From positions 2,528,001-2,592,000 of the forward strand of contig CBDCJV010000002.1 of NCBI GenBank assembly GCA_965217895.1: a stretch of 64,000 nucleotides of DNA, in the 5' to 3' direction. The stretch's first letter is position 1, and each line of letters opens with the position of its first letter. The position numbers and the translations under genes are program-made. Below, piece by piece: positions 1 through 8,705 of this stretch. The notes under the pieces were generated by a model, which made no database searches, was not told the origin of the DNA, and saw only the letters and a list, made by a program, of their open reading frames with translations. Origin of the DNA: Waterburya sp. Its GTDB lineage: Bacteria; Cyanobacteriota; Cyanobacteriia; Cyanobacteriales; Xenococcaceae.

Positions 1-377
1 CCCCATACCTGCCAGTGCCAGTCTTGTCCGAGGAATTTAATCGCATCGCGGAGTGAACCTGGGGTATCACCTGCTAAATATTCAGCAGGAGGAGTTAGTT
101 TAAACTTACCGTCATCGTCTTGGGCAAATATGCCGACGCTTGCTAGCGATCGCAATACTCGATAAAGAGATGATTCGTGGGTTTGGGTAGCTTGTGCTAA
201 TTCTGCGCTGGTTTTTGCCCCATCGACCAATAAATCGGCAATGCCTAACTCGGCTACGACATAAATGATTCTGGCAATACGAAACCCGCCCAAAAAGCGC
301 AACATAGCGATCGCAGGTGGTACATTGGGCAATGCGCTAGGCTGTCTTGCTTTGGGAGTACTAGTTGTAGTCGTCAT
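1..377 (-). CDS. SAM-dependent O-methyltransferase, N-terminal part (gene continues off the left edge)
   Basis: Manual translation from ATG at 377: MTTTTSTPKARQPSALPNVPPAIAMLRFLGGFRIARIIYVVAELGIADLLVDGAKTSAELAQATQTHESSLYRVLRSLASVGIFA. This is the same dimerisation/wHTH region seen in the two neighbouring O-methyltransferases. Not in the ORF track because there is no stop in the window. Confidence 0.9.
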   Translation of the reverse strand, partial: MTTTTSTPKARQPSALPNVPPAIAMLRFLGGFRIARIIYVVAELGIADLLVDGAKTSAELAQATQTHESSLYRVLRSLASVGIFAQDDDGKFKLTPPAEYLAGDTPGSLRDAIKFLGQDWHWQVW

Positions 378-444
378 GTTTTGCTCTAATAAGGTTGATT
401 TAAAGAATTAAATGAGTAGAACTGACTTATGCAGCAATGTTAAT

Positions 445-521
445 TTCGCCCCCCCTAGCCTCCCAACTTTTTGGGAAAAAAGAGTTAAAAGTCCCCCAGA
501 ATTGGGGGATTTAGGGGGCAA
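445..521. repeat. REP-like GC-rich palindromic repeat
   Basis: Hairpin GTCCCCCAGAATTGGGGGATTTAGGGGGC; related copies at 18603-18620 and around 47660/49170. Confidence 0.7.
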
Positions 522-531
522 ATACTTAAGT

Positions 532-1617
532 CTAAACTGGTACGGCTTCGATAATGCTCATTGGCGATTTGGTGGGAATAATTCGCTTAACTTCAAAACC
601 AGATTGGGCAAATAATTTCTCGTATTCTTCGCCAGTGCGTTCGATCGCGCCTGGAGTCATGATCATTGCTTCCACGTCCAAAATTTTGGCTAAAGATGGT
701 TCATTGCCTGGAGGAACGATCATTTCGACGACTAAAAGCTTACCGTCACAGGCAATCGCCTGATGTATGTTGCTCAAAATCTGACCAGCTTTGGCATCGT
801 CATAATCGTGAATCAAATTTTTGACTAGATAGGCATCTGCTTGGGTAGGGACAGACTGCCAAAAGTCACCAGCTATTAGTTCGCAGCGATCGCCTAAAGA
901 CTTGTCTTCAGCTACCGCCTCGGCTTTAGATATACGGGCTGAAGTATCAAAATGAATCCCCTTTAAGTCCTGATTTTGGCGCAGGATAGAAGCAATTAGT
1001 TCACCATCTCCTTGACCACCCGTGGCAATATCCACCACCTGCTTAAAGTTAGAAAAGTCATAGCCTCCCAAGATAGCGCGATCGCTGAGGGTTAAAGCTC
1101 CTTTCATGGCTGCATCAAAGTCTTGGGCTACATCAGGATTTCGTTGATAATATTCTTCAAAATCCATGCCGTGTATCTCTTCAAATGCCGAGTTGCCAGT
1201 TTTGACGCTGTGCAAAACATCTTGCCACATCCGCCAATGCCAGGGAGTCCCCATGACGCTTGCATAGCCCTGTAATGAACCAGAAACATCAGACTGTAGT
1301 AAAGCTGCTCTAGGGGTCAAGTCAAAAGTGCGATCGTCTAATTCTTGAAAAATATCAAAGCTAGCTAAGGTTCTTAATAGCCTATATAAAGATTGAGGAT
1401 GGGTTGAAGTTTCTTTTGCCAGTTCAAAGATACTTTTTGGCTTATCTTTTAATAAATTGGCAATACCAAGCTGCGCTGCTACTGAAATGCTTTGGGAAAG
1501 ACGGTAAGCATTCATCATTTGCAGAATCATAATCTGCGGTGGCATTCCCCGCTCCTTTTTTTCAGGCGTTGCTGATGCTGGTTTATTCGGTTTGGCAATA
1601 GTCATTTCATTTATCAT
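532..1617 (-). CDS. SAM-dependent O-methyltransferase (Methyltransf_2/COMT-like)
   Basis: N-terminal LGIANLL...LYRLLRTLAS, GDFW, YLVKNLIHDYDD, ERTGEEY motifs; motif I is atypical (DIATGGQGDG). Confidence 0.9.
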   Translation of the reverse strand: MINEMTIAKPNKPASATPEKKERGMPPQIMILQMMNAYRLSQSISVAAQLGIANLLKDKPKSIFELAKETSTHPQSLYRLLRTLASFDIFQELDDRTFDLTPRAALLQSDVSGSLQGYASVMGTPWHWRMWQDVLHSVKTGNSAFEEIHGMDFEEYYQRNPDVAQDFDAAMKGALTLSDRAILGGYDFSNFKQVVDIATGGQGDGELIASILRQNQDLKGIHFDTSARISKAEAVAEDKSLGDRCELIAGDFWQSVPTQADAYLVKNLIHDYDDAKAGQILSNIHQAIACDGKLLVVEMIVPPGNEPSLAKILDVEAMIMTPGAIERTGEEYEKLFAQSGFEVKRIIPTKSPMSIIEAVPV

Positions 1618-1655
1618 TTATCATTCGGCTGTTCAGTGCTTCAATGCTCAATGCT

Positions 1656-2000
1656 CTAAGCGTGTCTGGTATAGCAAACTTCGTAGAGTACGGGAGAAGA
1701 TTCAGCGATCGCACCTATCTTGGGCATATGTTCGCGAGCTTCGGGATTCTGGAAAATGCCACGAAAATCTTCAACGCTTCTCCATTGGGCATAGTTAGTT
1801 ACCCATTCCCCATCTAAGCTTTTATGAATGTTGGCACTAATAAACCCTGGTAGTTTCCCCATAGTTTCTTCAGTGGCATCAATTAGCATATCTACTAACT
1901 GCTGCTGATTCTCTGGCTTAACTTTGAAAACGTTAACTAAAGTAACTAAGTCTGCGTCTAGAGAAATTGTAGCTTTTGATTCTGATGAAATTACACTCAT
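1656..2000 (-). CDS. Antibiotic biosynthesis monooxygenase (ABM) family protein
   Basis: TLVNVFKVKPENQQQLV...PGFISANIHKSLDG...NYAQW pattern; start placed at ATG 2000 (ORF track gives 2060). Confidence 0.85.
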   Translation of the reverse strand: MSVISSESKATISLDADLVTLVNVFKVKPENQQQLVDMLIDATEETMGKLPGFISANIHKSLDGEWVTNYAQWRSVEDFRGIFQNPEAREHMPKIGAIAESSPVLYEVCYTRHA

Positions 2001-2762
2001 TGGATTTTTTCGGATAACTAATAGATTAAATCGTGGGACATTTTTTTGGCTCATAATCATTAGTCAATGATTTACCAAGAAAATATCCAAAAGTTATTTA
2101 AATGTTATTGACTTGAGTTTGACATACAACAACTTTTCTTATGTATAAATAATCTAGTCTTTATGTTCAAAATCTGTTTAAGTTTTGTTCAAAGACATAA
2201 ATACAATTTTTAAACCTGATATTTTATTGTTTACAAGTTAGCAGCTACTTGAAATACTTTTGTAGCTTTAGAAGGTTTCAAAAGCGATCCTGATTTAAAA
2301 TGATTTGACAGCCTGCAAAGCCTGCAAACTGAACAGTATAACGGTTGTAAAAAAATATTAGATAATAGTTAGATCGCTAAATTTTGTTACTAGCTTGTGA
2401 GAGTTAAATATGATAATCTTAATTTAAGCCGTTTATAGGTATAATTTAATGGCAAAAATTTGTTTATGTACGTAATAGGACATAATCTATATATAAAATG
2501 GAACATAGCTCCTTTTTGCAATAATTACTGTGTTTAAACAGACTATAAAAATAATTATCCTTAAGGCAATAGCTAATAAAAACCCGTGGAGAAAAAAATA
2601 ACCATTTTTGGTAAAGTACGTAACTTTTTAACATATAAGTTTGTTAGTAATAGAGCATATTACTTGCGCTATTTTGTTGAATTTTAAACTGTAATAGTGT
2701 AATTATTAATGTAGATTGATTGTCAAGCAATTAAATATAAATAGCTAACTAAAGCAAGAAAG

Positions 2763-5294
2763 ATGGTACACATTTCCAAAAGATCATTAAAGGCTTCAAA
2801 AGAGGGCATTCAGTTAGCTAGTCGGGCAATACTTAGATTTCCTACAAAAATAGATTTTGCAGCAGAACTAGAAATTTCCCGTTCTACCGTCCAGAACTTT
2901 TTTGCAGGTAAACCTGTAGGTAGAGAAAATTTTCATAAAATTTGTCAAGAGCTAGATCTGCTTTGGCAAGAAGTGGCGGAACTCCCCCCAGAAGTAGCAA
3001 AATTACCGAAACCAACTGCAATAAATAATGAAGTAACTGAAAATAACAAGATCGCCGTTAATATTGGTCAACAGGACAGTGGCTTTAGTCCCATCTGTCC
3101 ACCATTCATACGTGCAGACTCTTTAAATGATAAAGACAAAACAGTCTCTGACTCTGTAGTCGAGCAATTTCGGAATTTGGCTAGAGGTAGAATTTGGTCA
3201 ATGTGCGGGACGATGCGAGTATTAGATATGTCTTGTCCTAAACTTACTGAGGATATATATGTTGACACTAAAGTCTACTTAAAAATAAAAGGTAGGCGAA
3301 GGCTGAAAGTTGGCGATCTGCATTCATTTCAGGTTGTTAGTAATCATAAATCTTGTGATTTGCAGTTCAACGACGAGCAACCAAAACAGATAGAAATACC
3401 TGGTAACAAAGCAGCAATGTGCTATTCCAAGTTAGTTGTTTTGGGAAAGCCTGGTTCTGGGAAAACCATGTTTTTGAAACATTTGACTTTACAATGTCTA
3501 AAAGGTAAGTTTCAAAGCGATCGCATTCCTATATTTGTTCCCTTAAGAGATTTTGTAGCTTACACATCATCTTTAAATTTAGTTGACTATATATCCAATC
3601 AGTTAGCTGAAGATTATCAAATAGAAATTAATTTGGTCAGACACTTATTGAATCGAGGCAGATTTTTAATCGTTCTCGATGGACTAGATGAAGTCCAACT
3701 TTCAAGTCGTAGTGTTGTTTGTCAGCATTTACGCAGATTTACAAAATGGTTTCCCCATAATTATTACATCATTAGCTGTCGTCACGGCGTACAGTGCTGC
3801 AATTTTGAACAGTTCACCGAAGTAGAAATTGCTGATTTTCAACCCAGACAGATTGAAGATTTTGCCGTTAAATGGTTCGATCCTGAAGATACTCAACTAA
3901 GCTACAACTTTCTAGCCAAAGTGGTCAAGAATAATTCAATTCAGGAGTTTGCGACTAACCCACTATTATTGGTTCTGTTATGTATTGTGTTTGAAGAATC
4001 AGCCAATTTTCCCGTTAGCCGTGCTGAAATATATGAGGAAGGTTTGGATATCATGCTCAGACAGTGGGATGCAGAGCGGGCGATAGAAAGAGAGCAAGGG
4101 GCAGGTTTGACTCTAGAACAGGAAAAAGAATTACTTTGTAGAGTTGCTCGCAAAACCTTTGAACGTAAAGAATATTTCTTTAAAGAAACAGAGCTAAAAT
4201 TTTATATTGCCGACTATGCAATTAACCTGAGCCAAACAGACACATTCCCAATTGATGCTCAGAAAGTTCTCAAATCGATTGAAGCCAAACATGGTTTGTT
4301 AGTAGAACAAGCCAAAAAGGTTTATTCATTTTCTCATTTAGCATTTCAAGAATATTTAACAGCTAAAGAATTTGTTTCTCCCTGCGATCTAGCTGTATCT
4401 ATAGCGATGTTAAATCATTTAGTCAGCCACCTAACAGAAGAAAGATGGCATGAAATTTTTTTACTAGTAGCAGAAATGTCACCTCAAGGGGATCGGTTAT
4501 TTACCCTAATGAGTAGACAAATCGATGACATTGGCGATCGCTCTGCCCAGATTACAGCGTTTTTAGAATGGGTAAACTGTAAAGCTGAGTCAATAATTAG
4601 CCCTAGGTTAGAGCATTTTCAAGAGAAAGTAGATCTAGCTGAAACTTCTGGCGGTTTAAGAGTAACTGAGTGCCAAAAAGAAGTAATTCGGGCATTTTAT
4701 TTTAGTTTAGGATTAGGTCAGATTTTAGGTTGTATTGGCACTAACTTTTCTTTAATGTTAAAGCTCGACCCCCACTTTGGTGAGGGGATCGCTGTCAATG
4801 CAGACTTAGCGTTAGATTTGAGCTTATTTAATCTTTTGAACTTGATGCCCTTTCTAGAATCAATACATAATCCTGCACTAACTTTGCAACGTTCGCTCAA
4901 GCGAGTAATTAGCCATGGGATAAAAATTGAACCAGAATTAACTAAAGAATTACAAAGAATGAAACAAAGAATTCCTACTTCCCAAGAAAATGAAACTCAG
5001 TTTTGGCTGTGGTGGCATCAAGAAGGAAAAGCTTGGTTTAGCGATCTCAACTCCATGGCAATGAAGTATCGTAATATAGCTCATCAATGGAATTTTAACG
5101 CTCAGCAGCAAGAAGTTCTCCAACAATATTTTCAGGCTAATCTATTATTATTAGATTGTCTCGATCGCAGTAGCTATGTAAGTTCTGAAGTTAGAGACAG
5201 TATTAGGCGTCAATTATTAAAGCCGACTAAAAGCAAAACAAATCACCTGCAAGACACCGAAGTGTTGCAATCAAATATATCTTATATAACCTAG
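2763..5294 (+). CDS. NACHT-domain NTPase with N-terminal HTH and helical C-terminal domain
   Basis: HTH-like FAAELEISRSTVQNFFAG; Walker A GKPGSGKT; Walker B LIVLDGLDE; NPLLL; FSHLAFQEY. Confidence 0.9.
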   Translation: MVHISKRSLKASKEGIQLASRAILRFPTKIDFAAELEISRSTVQNFFAGKPVGRENFHKICQELDLLWQEVAELPPEVAKLPKPTAINNEVTENNKIAVNIGQQDSGFSPICPPFIRADSLNDKDKTVSDSVVEQFRNLARGRIWSMCGTMRVLDMSCPKLTEDIYVDTKVYLKIKGRRRLKVGDLHSFQVVSNHKSCDLQFNDEQPKQIEIPGNKAAMCYSKLVVLGKPGSGKTMFLKHLTLQCLKGKFQSDRIPIFVPLRDFVAYTSSLNLVDYISNQLAEDYQIEINLVRHLLNRGRFLIVLDGLDEVQLSSRSVVCQHLRRFTKWFPHNYYIISCRHGVQCCNFEQFTEVEIADFQPRQIEDFAVKWFDPEDTQLSYNFLAKVVKNNSIQEFATNPLLLVLLCIVFEESANFPVSRAEIYEEGLDIMLRQWDAERAIEREQGAGLTLEQEKELLCRVARKTFERKEYFFKETELKFYIADYAINLSQTDTFPIDAQKVLKSIEAKHGLLVEQAKKVYSFSHLAFQEYLTAKEFVSPCDLAVSIAMLNHLVSHLTEERWHEIFLLVAEMSPQGDRLFTLMSRQIDDIGDRSAQITAFLEWVNCKAESIISPRLEHFQEKVDLAETSGGLRVTECQKEVIRAFYFSLGLGQILGCIGTNFSLMLKLDPHFGEGIAVNADLALDLSLFNLLNLMPFLESIHNPALTLQRSLKRVISHGIKIEPELTKELQRMKQRIPTSQENETQFWLWWHQEGKAWFSDLNSMAMKYRNIAHQWNFNAQQQEVLQQYFQANLLLLDCLDRSSYVSSEVRDSIRRQLLKPTKSKTNHLQDTEVLQSNISYIT

Positions 5295-5316
5295 AAATTT
5301 TATAAATTAAATATAG

Positions 5317-5703
5317 ATGCAGTTGGGCAAATTCTCACAATTAATTATTATTGAGCAGGAAATATATTTTATCGAAGAAATGCAGTTGCGATCGCTCCAA
5401 AATCGAACTGATATATTTTCTCCTTATGAACAAAATTATTGCCTCAACAAGCCAACTCCCTTACTATCTGTTGCTGGTTTATGGTGCGCCAAACAAGCCT
5501 TCATCAAAGCTACCAATAGATTAAACTTTCCTAATTTCAACTACCTGGACTTAGAAGTTAGACATCGTGATAGTGGTCAACCCAAAATACTGCTTCAGGA
5601 TAATTTAAGACAGCAGTTGGGAGAAAATATTAAGCTAGAACTAGCGATCGCCCACGAGAAAACCTTAGCTGTAGCCAGCGTGCTTTTTTGGAGCGAGGTT
5701 TAA
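5317..5703 (+). CDS. AcpS-like 4'-phosphopantetheinyl transferase (atypical)
   Basis: IFSPYEQNYC, AGLWCAKQAFIKA, SGQP, LAIAHE match the AcpS fold; canonical GxD and KEA are altered. Confidence 0.75.
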   Translation: MQLGKFSQLIIIEQEIYFIEEMQLRSLQNRTDIFSPYEQNYCLNKPTPLLSVAGLWCAKQAFIKATNRLNFPNFNYLDLEVRHRDSGQPKILLQDNLRQQLGENIKLELAIAHEKTLAVASVLFWSEV

Positions 5704-5723
5704 TAGTATTCCTTACTTCTTAC

Positions 5724-5848
5724 TTTTTACTGTCTTGGTGCGCGTTCCCTTGCGCCTAACGGCGACGCGGTGAAGCAGTTGCGGTGGACGGGTTCCCCGG
5801 CATAAGCAAACTGCTGAACCCTTTAGGGGGTCGCACCGCTTTTTACTT
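5724..5848. repeat. Dispersed palindromic repeat with a nested insertion; shorter copy at 14585-14652
   Basis: TTTTACTGTCTTGGTGCGCGTTCCCTTGCGCCTRACGGCGACG...GGGGTCGCACCGCTTTTTACTT occurs at both loci. Confidence 0.85.
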
Positions 5849-5856
5849 CCTACTTA

Positions 5857-6864
5857 TTACATTACCTTTTCTCTATTTACTTGAGCAAAGGTTGTACCAG
5901 AAGATCGAGCCGCAAATTCTCTTTCCAGGCGATCGTACCACTGACGATAGCGTAGAGAAAGTAAATCTGCCTTAACCGTACATTTCCAGTCTCCGTAACC
6001 TTTTTCGTGCCATTCCTGCTGCATCATCAGCATGGGAAAATCTTCTTCCAATATTTTGCTAGCTTTCTTTTTCAGTCCAAAGGTAACTAACGGATTCCAA
6101 ACTAGCCAGTCGCGACACTCGAAGACAAATATTCTAGTTTTGTTTTCTGTCAGTGGAACAAAGTAATCATTAGCAATTAGTTTCCAGCCTGGTTTGGGTT
6201 CAATCAAGACTTTAACTAAACAAGGTGGCTCAAAAAAGTAGACGAAATCATTATATTCCCCGTCAGGATTTTTCACCTTCATATTCATGCCGTGTTCGTA
6301 TTTCTCTAAGCTAACGTCCAACGGGCGTAAATAATTTCGTTGCTCTTTCTTAGCAATGGTTTGGGTATGCAGGAAGGGAAAATGAGCAAAATCCAATGCC
6401 CCAGCAATCATAATTTTGTGGGAGGCATCTAATTCTTTGACAATTACTTCGTGTCTCCAACCCTCTTCAGTTGTACCTTCTGGCAAGCGTAAAGGTGTCA
6501 TTGCCGTGCGATCGCCAGCAAATACCCATACTACCCCTAATTTTTCTTCTGTAGGGTAGGCAAAGTTACACTTAGCACCTTTGGGAATAGGAGCATCTTC
6601 TGCCATTGAGGGAATTTTTTTGCAGTCTCCACCTTCGCCGAACTGCCAGCCGTGATAGGGACATTCTACGTTGCCATTTTTAACTTGACCGCGAGATAGA
6701 GGAACACCTTGATGAGGGCAAGAGTCGTAAAGACAAATAACCTGATTATCTTCGTCTCGAAACAGCACCAATGGTTCATTTAATAGTGAAGTACTATAAG
6801 GCTTGTCGGCTGGTACTTCGGACGATAAAGCTAGAGGATACCAATAGTTTTTGAGAAATTCCAT
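5857..6864 (-). CDS. Rieske non-heme iron oxygenase (VanA/PaO-like)
   Basis: Rieske motif CPH...CPYHGW; mononuclear iron motif DFAHFPFLH; C-terminal EED. Confidence 0.9.
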   Translation of the reverse strand: MEFLKNYWYPLALSSEVPADKPYSTSLLNEPLVLFRDEDNQVICLYDSCPHQGVPLSRGQVKNGNVECPYHGWQFGEGGDCKKIPSMAEDAPIPKGAKCNFAYPTEEKLGVVWVFAGDRTAMTPLRLPEGTTEEGWRHEVIVKELDASHKIMIAGALDFAHFPFLHTQTIAKKEQRNYLRPLDVSLEKYEHGMNMKVKNPDGEYNDFVYFFEPPCLVKVLIEPKPGWKLIANDYFVPLTENKTRIFVFECRDWLVWNPLVTFGLKKKASKILEEDFPMLMMQQEWHEKGYGDWKCTVKADLLSLRYRQWYDRLEREFAARSSGTTFAQVNREKVM

Positions 6865-6921
6865 AATTTAAGTTTCAATATATTTGGGGATTTGGAGACT
6901 CGTTGTTCACTTCCTACTTCT

Positions 6922-6949
6922 GTACGGGCGAACGACCGTTCGCCCCTAC
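6922..6949. repeat. REP hairpin; near-identical copy at 62633-62660
   Basis: GTACGGGCGAACGACCGTTCGCCCCTAC. Confidence 0.8.
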
Positions 6950-7980
6950 TTAATTCCTTCAATAATGCTGACGTTAGAGCGAGTAGGAATAATTTTATTT
7001 AAGCTAAAGCCAGATGCTTCTAGAAGCGATTCATATTCGGCTGCGGTACGTTCGCGACCGCCTAACGTTACCAACATATGTAAATCGATTAATTTGCCTG
7101 AAAATGGCTCATTACCTGGAGGAATAATCTGTTCGACTATCAGCAGCTTGCCGTTGGCTGACATTGCTTGATGACAGTTCCGTAAAATAGCGATCGCCTG
7201 GTCGTCATCCCAGTTGTGCAGTATATACTTTAAGAAGTAAGCATCAGCATCGCTAGGCACAGACTCAAAAAAATCTCCCGCTAGCATTTCACAGCGATCG
7301 CTTACTTCGGCTTGGTTCAAGATTGGCTCAGATGCAGCCACCACAATGTCTTGGTCGAATAAAATGCCCTGAAGATGGGGATTAGCTTTAAGGATTGCTG
7401 CAATTAGACTACCATTGCCACCACCAACATCGACTAAAGTAGTAATTTCTGAAAAGTCATAGCCGTTAACAATCGCTGGTTCAAGCGCACGAGAAATATT
7501 TTTCATAGCGCGATCAAATATTTCACCCGATTCTACATTTTGACTGTAGTAATCAAAAACAGGCATTCCATACTCTTGCTCAAACCCGTTTTCGCCAGTT
7601 TTCAGGCTATGGAGTAAGTTACCCCAGGCATGATAGTATTCTTCGCCTCCTAATAAAATAGAGTCCCGCATCGAGCCTGGAAGATCGCTACGAAGTCCTT
7701 GGGCGATGGGAGTTAAGACAAAGTAACCAGGTTCTTGTTCGGCAAAAACCTCTACACTTGCTAGGGCGCGCAGCAATCGATATAGAGATCGGGCATCGGT
7801 ATTTGTAATACTGGCTAGGCGATCGCAACTTTGGGCATCGTCTTTTAGCAAATCGGCAATCCCCAACTTAGCAACAGCATAGAGTGACTGCGTAATCCAG
7901 TATCCGCTAGACATTTGAAGCAACGTCATTCTTGATTTGATGTCTACAGTAGGCTGTCCATTCTTTTGCTGTAATTGCAT
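6946..7980 (-). CDS. SAM-dependent O-methyltransferase (Methyltransf_2)
   Basis: LVDVGGGNG, GDFF, KYILHNWDD, GGRERT. Confidence 0.95.
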   Translation of the reverse strand: MQLQQKNGQPTVDIKSRMTLLQMSSGYWITQSLYAVAKLGIADLLKDDAQSCDRLASITNTDARSLYRLLRALASVEVFAEQEPGYFVLTPIAQGLRSDLPGSMRDSILLGGEEYYHAWGNLLHSLKTGENGFEQEYGMPVFDYYSQNVESGEIFDRAMKNISRALEPAIVNGYDFSEITTLVDVGGGNGSLIAAILKANPHLQGILFDQDIVVAASEPILNQAEVSDRCEMLAGDFFESVPSDADAYFLKYILHNWDDDQAIAILRNCHQAMSANGKLLIVEQIIPPGNEPFSGKLIDLHMLVTLGGRERTAAEYESLLEASGFSLNKIIPTRSNVSIIEGIK

Positions 7981-8705
7981 TTAGAGAACCACTTGATAGT
8001 TGTTTATAATCGCTTTCCCCATATTTAGCATTTGTGAATCGAAGTATGGGTATAACAAAAGCAGAAGATATCAACAACTTTTGTTTTGCTTATGTTGAAA
8101 ACGAATTATTTTTAGGTATTGAGTTATACCAAAACTATTAATAAATTATTTGTTATAAATCCGATTTGATTTGTTGATTAATAGTATTTAAAACTGTTAT
8201 TTTAGATATTTATAGTAGTTTTATAAATCTAGAATTGCCAAAAGAATTATAAATTTTAAATATAGTTCAACGAGAATTAAGCTTTTCAATATAAATTTTG
8301 CGTAAACTAACTCAAAAACACACAAAAACCCCTGTTTATAAAAAGATAAATATACTATGCTCTGGTGTAAGGTTTATAAGTCAAATAGCTTAAATAAACA
8401 GCTTAAATTACTTCTAAATAGATTAGAGTTACAAAATTCTATCTAAAAGTGATATTAACCAGTAAAACTTTATTTATAGCTACTAACTGAATTCATCATT
8501 TTGACTATATTTGGCTTCGATTTTTGATATTTTTGGCGCAAGTTGAGCCAATCTAAATAGTACGTCTACTTTAAGATTGTGAAAATCAATTATTTATTTG
8601 CCAAAGTTTATCAAGATTTAGATCGGCTAAACCGTCTCAAAATTGAATTGTAATGATGCCAAAAAATAGCATCGAATAATTGTCATATCTCTATTTCTAT
8701 CAACT

